Positions 45,501 through 54,566 of a stretch of 64,000 nt of DNA are shown here, piece by piece. The translations under genes and the position numbers were made by a program. Numbering within the stretch: position 1 is the first letter of the stretch; every line of letters begins with the position of its first letter. The stretch is from Schmidtea polychroa (Eukaryota): positions 25,050,001-25,114,000 of the forward strand of contig CM097885.1 of the NCBI GenBank assembly GCA_044892525.1. The letters run 5' to 3'. The notes under the pieces are model-generated. The model was not told where the DNA came from and did no database searches. It saw only the letters and a program-made list of their open reading frames with translations.

Positions 45501-48500
45501 GGAAAATTATCAAAAATGTCTATTGAAACAAATTGTAAAATACCAAGAAACGTCAAGGTGTATAAGGAGCCTGAAGTGGTAAGCAATGATTTAAATGAGA
45601 TGCAGAAAAAGGAATTCACAAAACTGTTGAGGAAATACCGAGATATCTTTGCCAAACACGAATATGATTTGGGTTTAACCAATGTAATTGAGCATGAAAT
45701 ACCGTTATTAGACGAAACTCCAATAAAAATAAAGCCATACAGAATCCCCTACGTTCATCAAGATGAAAGCGATAGACAGATTACAGCAATGAAGGAATTT
45801 GGAATAATTCGAGATAGCGCGTCACCATTCTCCTCATCAATAGTGATAGTTAAGAAAAAAGATGGAGACTTACGATTTTGCGTAGATTATCGGAAGCTAA
45901 ATCAAGTTACAAGGAAAGACACTTATCCAATTCCGGTACCCCAAGAAATGTTTGATCAAATGGGAGAGGCACGATATTTCACAGTTATTGATTTAAACAA
46001 AGGGTACAATCAATTTAGAGTAAAAGAGGAAGATAGAGGAAAGACGGCGTTCTCGGATGGCAAAGGACTGTATGAGTTCAATGTGTTACCATTTGAATTA
46101 ACAGGAGCCCCAGCTACATTCCAACGAGGAATGAATTATGTGTTACGAGGAATTCGACATGCATTGGTATATATCGACGATATAATAATATTTTCAAATG
46201 ATTTTGAAGAACATCTGAAGGATGTAGAAACTGTATTTAAACGGCTCAAAAGTGCAAAATTAAAAATCAAACCATCGAAATGTGAATGGGGCAAAGCAGA
46301 AGTGATTTATGTAGGACATATAATATCACGGCGAGGGTTACAAACTAATCCAGATAACATCAAAAAAGTGGAAGAGTACCCAGTACCAAAAGATGCCGAT
46401 GAGGTTAGACAATTTTTAGGTTTGGCGAGCTATTACAGAAAATTTATAAAAGATTTCTCTCATATCGCACAACCATTGAATACGTTACTAAAGAAAAACA
46501 ATAAATTTATTTGGGGACAAATGCAACAAAACGCTTTCAATACATTAAAAGAGAAATTAGTAACAACTCCTATATTAAGATGTCCAGATTTTACAAAACA
46601 ATTTATCTTGATGACGGATGCAAGCAACGTTGCATTGGGTGCGGTATTGGGACAAAAATTTGAAGGTGAAAAGGACCATGTAATAGCATACGCAAGCAGA
46701 TCATTGAGGCCTCACGAGAAAAACTACTCAACGATTGAAAAGGAAACGTTAGCGTTAGTGTATGGAATTACTACTTTTAGACAATATTTATTGGGCAGAA
46801 AATTTACTGTTTATACAGATCATAATCCATTACAGTGGTTAATGAAACACAGAGATTCAGCCAGTAAGTTAATACGATGGTCAATTGCCCTCCAAGAATA
46901 CGACTTTGAGATTAAATACCGGACAGGTAAAGCTAACGCGAATGCAGATGCAATGTCGAGAATCCCAGAAAATAATAGTGAAGGGACACCTGGAAAAGTG
47001 GAAGGCACTATATTCGCAGCAATCAAAGCTGTTAATGATATGTCTGAACTTCAAAATGATCAGGAAAACGATAGTGAATTAAAACAATTTATGGAACAAG
47101 CGGTCAAAATAAGAAAAGAACAAGACTGGAAACGACTTACAGATGCAAACAGCAAATATGTAATTCATAATGGAATACTTAAATGTTGGAAAAATGGGGA
47201 AGCATTAATTATTATACCAGCCAAGCACAGAGATGCATTACTGATGCAGTATCATGATGGAGCGTTGGGAGGTCATTTGTCAACGCGCAAGACGCTATCA
47301 AGATTAAAATTGAAATACTTTTGGCCGACAATGGAACAAGACGTGAAAAATTGGTGTAACAGTTGCAAAGTATGCATCACCCGCAGAAATACTGGTAAAA
47401 AGATTAAAGTACCATTAAAACCGATGCCAGTACCTGCAGCACCAATGGAGATGACGGCAATGGATATTCTGGGACCATTACCGGAAACAACAAAAGGAAA
47501 CAAATACATTGTTGTTTTTTGTGACTACTTTACCAAATGGCCAGAAGCATACGCTATTCCAAACCAAAAAGCAGATACGATTGCTAGAATATTTGTGGAA
47601 AACATAATAGTTCGCTATGGTACTCCAAAGAAATTGTTAACTGATCAAGGAAAGAACTTTCAAAGCGAGATGTTTAAATCAATCACAGACTTATTTGGAA
47701 TTTGGAAATTGAATACGTCACCATATCATCCACAAACTGATGGATTGGTGGAACGATTTAATGGGACACTGATAAATATGATCTCATCATATGTGAATCG
47801 AAAACAGAAAGATTGGGACGACTTCATAAAGCCGTGTCTGTTTGCCTACAGAAATGCAGTAAATCAAAGTACAGGAGAGACCCCTTTTTACTTGATGTAT
47901 TTAAGGAAAAATAATATGCCGATTGATCTCAAATTCCAACCACCAATTTCACAATATATGGAGATACCCGATTATAAAGCATTGATGCAAGAAAGAATGC
48001 AGTCAGTATGGACTAAAGCCGGTTTGACAATAAAGCACAACCAAGAGAAATATAAAGAATCATACGATAAAAAAGCACATGCGCATGGCATAAAGATTGG
48101 AGATCTAGTATATCTGAACAGACCGGAACCTCTCAAAGGTTTATCGCCTAAATTGCAAAGACCATTTAAAGGACCCTACAAAGTGTGCGACACCACCGAA
48201 ACCAATTTGAAGTTATTACCATTCAGGAGTAAAAAGGCTAACCCGATGATTGTGCATGCAAATCGATGTAAACTAGTGCCAGAGGAAGATGAATCTAGAT
48301 ACCCCTTAAGATCCAAGCAGAATAAAGTAACGGGTCAAACAAAATTGAAACAGAAATTCACGAAAAATCCAACACCAGTCAGCTACATCAATAAGATATT
48401 ATATGTAGCAATAATGCTGATGTTAGTAACAGTTGCGAGCGGCAAAAAGATTGATTTACCATATGCGGTAAACAAAATCCGAGGAATGGAGAAAATACAT

Positions 48501-49160
48501 ATATATTCCACTCTAACAAATATAGTATGGAGCTGTAAATGCGAGATCGCAGACCAAATAGAAATTATTAATTTACTAGACAATACGGCACCAGTGGTAG
48601 AACTGAATTATGATAAAGATATAGTTGCGGTACGAAAGTTAAAGCCAAATTACAAATACCAATGGCTGTTGAGACAGAACATGTCAAAGTGGTACACGCA
48701 AATTCCGATAGAAGTGCACACAAAAGAGATGCGAAACTTGATCGAGATAGAACCAGAGATAAACGGAATCAATATATATTGGAAGCCAGTGGACTTGGTG
48801 AAAGTACGACTCACATTTCAAGGGTTAAATGTCGACACCCTTAACTCGCGAAAATCATTTATCCGCTACGAGAAATTGAAAATGAATCAAAATTGTTCAG
48901 TTAATGCAAACTACTACGAGAACATATGCCTCGAAAATGGAACGGTAGTGAGAAACCAATGGTCACGATTTAAGAGTGAGACCCAGTCTATCTATCTCAG
49001 AGACGAGTCAAATCGTATAACCCTGAGTGTTGGAAATGGACCGGTAACGATATATAGAAAATCAGGAAATGATGAAAGAGTTGTTATTATCTACAAACAA
49101 AAAACCCTGACTATATTAGATACCGGTAATCATTTTTTACACTTTACACTTCTGATTTAG
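39552..49160 (+). CDS. Single polyprotein: Gag(3xCCHC)-UBL-UBL-Bcl-2-like-signal-class III glycoprotein-TM-PR-RT-RNase H-IN-signal-ectodomain
   Basis: First ATG at 39552. CCHC knuckles ~40314-40589, UBL-like 41097-41307 and 41577-41790, WIANNGGW 42516-42539, AYDC...YCGKWSH glycoprotein from 42666, TM ~44277-44455. Then LVDSGS 44958, YIDD 46170, TDAS RNase H, HHCC and D,D,E integrase, GPY 48171 and a second hydrophobic signal ~48396-48443. Confidence 0.95.
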   Translation: MANDNAVMPLNREMIDFASCQKLPVNQYGGDPVEFADFMGDYYMYASAYGWTQAIMVQRFPLYLKGAAREAWQQVDKRNVGNDWTKLKDAMALKLVGGDIKRIMRQKFYNRVQGPDESVSEFAYHLTTLADKAFEVKPDQADMAKQVKELLEDQFITGVHSEIKKALCYVDFSNFDELVKKAMKIELNLKSAKRSDAFGVNVERRERSITPVRAPWDEKKINQISSPILRPNNRFQASRSAMNVQSNGQVNNPQCEHCKKSGHYSNQCWFKYGKNPSPNKRFTENKRISSDVECYRCGKKGHISRNCFTRSRSSSTSPSPQRDKVNTNGQIQCHSCKGYGHMARSCPRNSERFNRPILKKSIRFQEDMPNTSNMTYAQREEFQDKMEKEFREMRQKLNKLVAKFESDEETESHMIIGTVSEGEGKPATKVRKISSDENPTALLARVEKWLEKMETDNSQLKRWIAELSVMSLTQSELKRAINLCAKLFKGNRDDEILKQMQKFGKALRLTRDLADIIVETTGLDNVKCQFRVNAYGKIRELKERILRQYSGWQVQLKFENRCLEDEEYLVDCGLIPGWKNKVNVINAVNTLNSDRRNWEKILADLQDTLYAGNRDKINASIDFIMSIEMDRDMKEGLFECIVPYTNKPTSYQAKLKEVIRKLGHDYEAADDSAKSLIIALNIADQRIEYYQEHWSVKAKKIRQKAAEILGNEGIIVLTFKGRELDDDEYLLNYGCNPNCINNVYATKQSDEMERDAVIVPFWPLYEEMDNNNVEIKTEVVDDPGEIDQEINELQRLETMENEEMGSENEVARDIGEMSTDNRVLPSIDEMKSEENFVETKNDIAICRKKQNDAEIESLSLDKSSETERLDESNETERILKSLVTELYLLDETETEDDTSEGEERVVKRLATELKRRLPSIIKRNYEEKEFCEEAVIEDLTRTELDRDVILTALAYIILEIGIYGCLESDSSKSLIKKATEMTNKYLARWIANNGGWENLIQKAESPKTETVRKKGKLAFPWLMISVIMLLGIINTTNSLVAYDCSQTEMGRVYSLVNVAECSDAYPVKFKVTNPVKYYVYQESGFRRAKVRECTVKRTTFVFYCGKWSHSSMVKMQSIPRPIEIIPENCLAAFQTGQLKINADLKLQAKLNHKIRETVTVRGIIKSNGDCQGEPYKVDDAIMDKAVVVEEYMSELREFDGSFDDDTGKLQTHPFCNMKQSSCRTGESILVYDVDTKKCNLVQLKSMSFKEITGEQIREKPEKIRMDPATSTTTRITPLRMKDTPTVLMSTSEEDGMRFLRKETKTKCGQSVYETNYKGIYVSQKMITEAQTNIHAGDIKLTNYFNNKIDYLFHFGQNTVENVYREVIINDCNLNKEILRNRMAMAITNPNLVAPMLIAENGVFARIFGEALYSYKCKAVPVKLTKYDQCTNELPVNLNGKLRFMEPVTRILLEEDAKPKVLQCNRLLAPLYRLTPESWIALPDHREVKTPENLELTELQYLVNFTSLEKLSQSGIYSNEDIEEARRNLLFPSKKERVIMEMVDTILPSGSGKVNYEYLLTPDHYKKATYNTMKKIWGKFMFIGQACAGLIGIYVICVVIKVIISQALSTHRLYAITGWSWKLVIGCIPLLARFFITHHQYQELEILKARILKKKKVSYASTTPSRDENNDNDNEGDSAPLYVDNQELSGMNKEALRTYQILKEPLLNASSVDTFTKLCIPKSFMQPAPVYPVDRLREMKPVENIALQCEGMVGERIEPSSAEIERKNMLGLPCNYSMMTLTKRGKQPRIFIQMNKHKVEALVDSGSSHTIVSENVLNAKEKMRMKPTGEIVRSLSKNELNIIGQLNVIFHIGDRIIAHDALIMKGSPVRCLIGMDILEQLDGVSLELKTGNLIAGETGEIIHRAGEVFVNQTLTIPPQSEMVYCANTMSVDNGDFIFEPNQTLVEKYDLPICDEVVKVENQIVPVHITNSSKKPVQLHPKTKLGKLSKMSIETNCKIPRNVKVYKEPEVVSNDLNEMQKKEFTKLLRKYRDIFAKHEYDLGLTNVIEHEIPLLDETPIKIKPYRIPYVHQDESDRQITAMKEFGIIRDSASPFSSSIVIVKKKDGDLRFCVDYRKLNQVTRKDTYPIPVPQEMFDQMGEARYFTVIDLNKGYNQFRVKEEDRGKTAFSDGKGLYEFNVLPFELTGAPATFQRGMNYVLRGIRHALVYIDDIIIFSNDFEEHLKDVETVFKRLKSAKLKIKPSKCEWGKAEVIYVGHIISRRGLQTNPDNIKKVEEYPVPKDADEVRQFLGLASYYRKFIKDFSHIAQPLNTLLKKNNKFIWGQMQQNAFNTLKEKLVTTPILRCPDFTKQFILMTDASNVALGAVLGQKFEGEKDHVIAYASRSLRPHEKNYSTIEKETLALVYGITTFRQYLLGRKFTVYTDHNPLQWLMKHRDSASKLIRWSIALQEYDFEIKYRTGKANANADAMSRIPENNSEGTPGKVEGTIFAAIKAVNDMSELQNDQENDSELKQFMEQAVKIRKEQDWKRLTDANSKYVIHNGILKCWKNGEALIIIPAKHRDALLMQYHDGALGGHLSTRKTLSRLKLKYFWPTMEQDVKNWCNSCKVCITRRNTGKKIKVPLKPMPVPAAPMEMTAMDILGPLPETTKGNKYIVVFCDYFTKWPEAYAIPNQKADTIARIFVENIIVRYGTPKKLLTDQGKNFQSEMFKSITDLFGIWKLNTSPYHPQTDGLVERFNGTLINMISSYVNRKQKDWDDFIKPCLFAYRNAVNQSTGETPFYLMYLRKNNMPIDLKFQPPISQYMEIPDYKALMQERMQSVWTKAGLTIKHNQEKYKESYDKKAHAHGIKIGDLVYLNRPEPLKGLSPKLQRPFKGPYKVCDTTETNLKLLPFRSKKANPMIVHANRCKLVPEEDESRYPLRSKQNKVTGQTKLKQKFTKNPTPVSYINKILYVAIMLMLVTVASGKKIDLPYAVNKIRGMEKIHIYSTLTNIVWSCKCEIADQIEIINLLDNTAPVVELNYDKDIVAVRKLKPNYKYQWLLRQNMSKWYTQIPIEVHTKEMRNLIEIEPEINGINIYWKPVDLVKVRLTFQGLNVDTLNSRKSFIRYEKLKMNQNCSVNANYYENICLENGTVVRNQWSRFKSETQSIYLRDESNRITLSVGNGPVTIYRKSGNDERVVIIYKQKTLTILDTGNHFLHFTLLI

Positions 49161-49516
49161 AGACGGCATGGGAATTAACAGTTAAATATCAGCGATGGAT
49201 AACCGATCCAGGCAGATGGCAAACAGTTTTCGTGGAAGTCAAGACAATCAATGAATCGAAACGAAAATCATATACAACCACATCACCTTTCCAATTACCG
49301 ACCCAAGAGACGACAAAACCTAACTCAAACAAACTAAGGATGATAAATTCGGATTTGACAGTCAACTATTGTGAATATCTTATTTACATTTTAATAACAG
49401 GTTTTCTCATCTTATCAATAACATTCATAATCATCACCATCTTGATATGTGTAAAAGAGAGACAGCTAACTATCCTTCAACCACCATCATATTCATATTA
49501 TGAGACAAGACTATAA
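49130..49516 (+). CDS. -1-frame extension of the polyprotein: Ser/Thr-rich stalk, TM helix and PPSY tail
   Basis: The frame opens just before T TTT TTA (49133-49139) and reads LYTSDLETAWELTVKYQRWITDPGRWQTVFVEVKT...LIYILITGFLILSITFIIITILIC...QPPSYSYYETRL. Confidence 0.7.
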   Translation, partial: SFFTLYTSDLETAWELTVKYQRWITDPGRWQTVFVEVKTINESKRKSYTTTSPFQLPTQETTKPNSNKLRMINSDLTVNYCEYLIYILITGFLILSITFIIITILICVKERQLTILQPPSYSYYETRL

Positions 49517-49694
49517 ATTGTGATCTGCATGAATAGTGTAAAAAAAATATATATTACATTTATATTAACAATGTGCATGTTTTATAAGTACCATAGGATG
49601 AACTGTGTAATTTGTTTGAGATTCGAAGTGAGGTGTTGATGCTTTGCGAATAAAGAGTGATACAAAAAAAATGACTATCATTTAATTTCAGAGA

Positions 49695-49940
49695 ATGCAA
49701 GAAGCCTCGGAGATGACATGCAAAGAGTGTAAAACAAGTACGCAAGAACTAAAACAAAAGTTTCGTAGCATGCAGGGCAGAATAACAGATTTGGAGGAAG
49801 AAAACTTCCGTCTGAAAAGGCGGTTGGACCGTTTGGAAATCTTATTGTTTCAACACGAAGCCGATTTCGCGATGTTTCGAATGAGAGTAGAAGAAATGGA
49901 GGAATCGGAAGATGATGGTGAGATAAATCAATTAGACTAA
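49695..49940 (+). CDS. Small coiled-coil accessory ORF (CxxC plus leucine-zipper-like)
   Basis: CKEC followed by ITDLEEENFRLKRRLDRLE heptads. Acceptor-like TTTAATTTCAG ends 4 nt before the ATG. Confidence 0.55.
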   Translation: MQEASEMTCKECKTSTQELKQKFRSMQGRITDLEEENFRLKRRLDRLEILLFQHEADFAMFRMRVEEMEESEDDGEINQLD

Positions 49941-50401
49941 AAAAATTAATTATTTAAACGGACCCTGTTGGTGTTTTTTCGTCCTCGAGAAAAACAAATA
50001 ATAGTTAAATAATTATAAGTAAATTAACAAATAATCAAATGAATAAACAAATTGATATAAATAAATAAGTAAAAAAGTGATAAATTAAATGAATGAATAA
50101 TAGATAAAAATGAACAAAGTTAAACGAGCAAATAGAATAACTCAAATAAATGTTGCAAATAATGAAATGACTACCTTAAATGAGCATTAGAAATAAATAA
50201 TATGGCTGATTAGTAATTAATGAATTAGCATAACTATATAGCAATGGGTAAACCACTGGGGCGAGAGAACAAAATTATAAATAAGTAAGGAATAATTTCA
50301 CATTAGTAGTAACAAAAACTATTCGCGAAGAGGGACACAATTACCCCACCCTTTCTAGCATAAATTAAAAACAAAGGTATGCTGAACATTTATTCAAAGT
50401 T

Positions 50402-50644
50402 TTATTCGTCATCAGAGTCCAACAGAACGGGACTTTGGATGCCACAATCCCATTCCCTGCGTACATTGCAAGGCGGGCGTCTTTCAAACCTACTGCCTGT
50501 ATCCACACAGGCAAAGGTACGTTTCAATCCCTTTCGACGCGGTGACAAAGGGACCCTGAAAAAGAAATTAAAAAACCTGTTAGTATGGCAGTCAAATAAC
50601 CATTGCATAACATCGAGATGCTCAAACTTAGGTTCTGGGACAGC
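50402..50644 (-). CDS. Candidate terminal exon of an antisense accessory gene
   Basis: Polypyrimidine tract plus TTTTAG acceptor at 50645, 80 open codons (AVPEPKF...LLDSDDE), AATAAA overlapping the stop, and higher GC than the flanks. Confidence 0.45.
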   Translation of the reverse strand, partial: AVPEPKFEHLDVMQWLFDCHTNRFFNFFFRVPLSPRRKGLKRTFACVDTGSRFERRPPCNVRREWDCGIQSPVLLDSDDE

Positions 50645-52078
50645 CTAAAATAGTAAGGGTTGAAAAGAAAAATGAAATAAATACTATGTAAAACTCCGTA
50701 CCATGGCGCCCTCGACAAATAATTAGTGCAGGGAAGTAATTGATTTTAAGAATTACGTAATAAATTAATAAGTATAAATACGGCTAAAATTGTCAGAAAA
50801 ATACGAGTAGCTGTAATTAGAGGTTTGCTTTTAGTATAAATACAAAATCAAAAATCAAAAATATATGACCCAAAACATGAGTGTGGTATAGATAGTTGCA
50901 TAAACAAATTAACGAATTAAAATTAAAAAGTAAATAAGTTAATTTAATAAGCATCAATAAGTTAATTTAATAAGCAACACGAGCACTTGCAATCACCGGG
51001 GTTTGGCTACCCTGGACAGCGATTGCAAATGTTCGGTTGCTATAAGGGAACGCATTACTAATAGTGAGGACAGCATGGTAAAAAGAATCACAAAAACAAA
51101 AAAAAAATAATAATAAAAGACAAATAATCACTTACGTCCATAGTAATTGAGGGATGGCGGTACTAAAATTCAAAAAAAAAAATGAAAAAGAAAAATAAAA
51201 TATAAAATGCTTACTTCAAGATTGGCAAGACAAAACTAACGAAAAGTGGTAAAGCAGAAACTTATATAGAACGCTTAATAGTACGGGCTACGTTAAGAAA
51301 CCACAGGGTAATTAATTATAGAGCCTATCAGTATCGGCTACGTCAAAAACCGCAGGATAAGTAAATATTCATTCGGAATATTAATGTTCATCGCAGATAC
51401 CTTATCAGGCTGAGTAAACAAAGTGATATCATGAGTCGGTCGGTGCGGTGGGAGATTAACTTTTTACCATGCTGCGAGCGAAATAAACCAATAAGTTATT
51501 AATAACAAAAATTATTTTTAAATTATAATATTAATAATAATGGTAATAATGATGAAAGAAAAAACATAAACAAAAAGAATAAATGAATTACCTTGCGACT
51601 GGGAATAAATTAGACAAATATTTTGCACATAAAAATCGATCAAACCGTAAAGACACACACACACAGACAGACACACAAGCATATCCCATTAACTGCTCAA
51701 CTCTGTTATTAACCACAATTTTATCCATATTCTTGGTAAACCGTATTCATCTTGAACAATAACAACAACCACAGCTAATATCATAGTATAAGAAATTTTC
51801 AATAAATTTTACTGTTGATTTCCACCAAAGTCGCTAGTCTAATCAATTAATGAATTCATAAACTCGCACACAAAAATTGTAAAAATGCAAATTGTAACAA
51901 AATATAATTTAATCAGATACTATTAAAAAAATTTTCTTTTTATTCTCACCACATAACCAAAATAGGAGCAATATACACTTTCAAAATGCAGGAATATCTT
52001 TTTAATATCCTGAAATAATAAACTAAATGTACTCTGTTATATCCTAAAGTAATTAATTTCAATACTCTGAAACAACAA

Positions 52079-52365
52079 TAACCTTACCAGACTGTCGTTA
52101 GTCTACTTGATTTATTAATTTTTAATAGACGTCCCGATAACCTTACCAGACTGTCGTTAGTCTACTTGATTTTTAATAGACGTCCAGACAAAAAATGATT
52201 TACCTCAATTAATAGACGTCCAGATAAAAAGTATTTCCCTTAATAAACGTCCCGATAAAAAATTATTTACCTCAATTAATAGACGTCCAGATAAAAATTA
52301 TTTCCCTCAATTAATAGACGTCCCGATAAAAATTATTTCCCTCAATTAATAGACGTCCCGATAAT
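52079..52365. repeat. Tandem ~30-35-bp repeats with core AATAGACGTCC(C/A)GATAAAA, preceded by a ~35-bp duplication
   Basis: About seven GACGTCC/AACGTCC cores, read directly. Confidence 0.85.
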
Positions 52366-52483
52366 TACGATAATTGGAGTAGGATTGTGATAAATAATAA
52401 TAATATTGATAAAATAATAATATTGATAATAATAATGGTGATGATAGTGGTAATAACAGCAATAATTATAACAATATATAATG

Positions 52484-52534
<51 letters not shown>

Positions 52535-54566
52535 TTGATAGTAGTAATAATAATAGTAGTAGTAGTAGTAATTTTTCAAGTTTATTTCTCATTTAAATTG
52601 ATATCTCTAACATTTCAGGGAACTGCAAATATTATTATTCTTTGGTAATTTTCAAATAATTTCCAATTATAATTTGCAAGCATTACACAAATGCCTAAAT
52701 ATTATTTTAAATGCTCAATTATATCCACTCAAATCCTCATGCTAGTAAATAGCAAGATTAATAACAATTTTATACAAATCATTGAATTGCTTTATAATTG
52801 CCGATATTTCATAACATCACATATAATTGTTACATAAAATGAATAAATAATAAACCTACTTCAATCTTAAAAATATAAATTAATAAACCCAAAGAAATTT
52901 GTTAAAATAATGAAAAAAAAAACATTTTTTTTCATTGTTTTATTGAACCTTCGATTTGAGCTGGAATTCTGAGAGTTGATCGACAGATTGTAAATATATA
53001 TCTCAAACCTGTGCTAATTTTTATACAATTAATACAAAAAAAAAATTAATCTAACCATTGTGTTTCTTCTTCGACGTTTGGTAGCATACATGGTTTTTAT
53101 AACCCAATCGTCAACCATAGATAAGTGTGAATGAAATTTAAGCCAAACTCTAATATAAAAAAAAAATAAATATATTTTTTTTCGTTAAACTCGTTTAAGT
53201 GTTCTCTATGAGTTATTTATTGGCCACAAAAATGTCAGTTGATTCCTGTGTTGAGAATATCTTGGATTGTTCCGGAAATTCGAATGAAGCAATAGATTGA
53301 TTACTTAATGTACGGAAAAAAAATAATGAAACAAAATATTGATATTTCATCATTTAAGGACTCAGAAAGAGCAGAAAGTTATGACACGACAAAATCTCGA
53401 CCAATGAAAATTCCTTTCTCACCTCGATTTGCCAGTGTTTTTGGTCATGCGTATTGTCGAATCTTCTTACTCTGCAACACCACACGAAGGAATTTTTCTC
53501 TCCATTCTTTCTTCTCAATAGATAAAAAAAAATAATATTTTTCTAAATTCATAATTATTTTAGTTCTATTTTAAATATTTTAATTTCGTCATTTAAAATG
53601 GTTATATCAAATTTATTCCAAATTATATTTTAATAAAAATCAAAAAAAAAATAAAATTTTCTTATTAAAATTTATGAAATTTATTTCCTTAAAAATAAAA
53701 TTAATTTTGATATTTTGTTTAAATATCTCTATTAAATAGAAAGAAAAATTTCATTCAATGGAAAATAGAAACAGAAAGACAGTTTATATTTCAAATTTCC
53801 CAGAAACAATAAGTGAAAATGATCTCAAATGCATTGCATCATTAAATAGTTGCAGCAATATTTATTTATTCACAGCTAATTGTTTATATTAAGATCTGAA
53901 TAGAGTTGCATAATACTACTTACATAGGGTGTTAAATTAGCAGTACTCGTGCTATTTTCTGCATACATACCCAGATTAGTGAGCAAAAATCCCATAACTC
54001 CATGATTTAACCAGATTTTATCGATTCTTTAATTTCTGTTAAAACAGAATTACTTTTGAGATTCAGGTCCGCCATATTTTTACATATTTTCAAAATTAAC
54101 TCAATCATTTTTGGTTGGCTAATATTTTAAGCAGTTTGCCAATAAATTATTAGTATTATTGTAATTATAACCGTATTTTCAGTCTTTGGGGTAAAAGTAA
54201 TTTCCTGCATGATGTGCACACATATTCTCATGTCGACAAACCACAATGATCTACAGGAGACCTAAACCACTTATTATAGTTGCTTTCTAGTATAAATAAT
54301 TTAGAAATAACATTCCATTATTTATAAAGGTTTAATTTCTGTTATCCCTACCTACCCCCAATATCCTTCCCCAAAAGATAGAAAAATATATTCAGGAAAA
54401 TTGCCAGCTTATTAAAGAATATCTTTTAATATATAATATTTAAATTAAAAATAACAATAATAATGGTATTTGTGTTGATAGGAATAATAATGACATTTAA
54501 TGTTAACAAAACTTTCCATTAAAACACAAATTTCGAGGACGAAAAAATTTTTTAAGGGGGGAGATA

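Noticed and set aside
39690..48583. Many short minus-strand ORFs under the polyprotein (likewise under pPolB, pol and METTL25)
   Set aside because: Antisense shadows of long coding frames with no motifs.
52079..52365. CRISPR-like repeat/spacer appearance
   Set aside because: The intervening sequences are themselves repeats rather than unique spacers, there are no cas genes, and the context is a eukaryotic retroelement.
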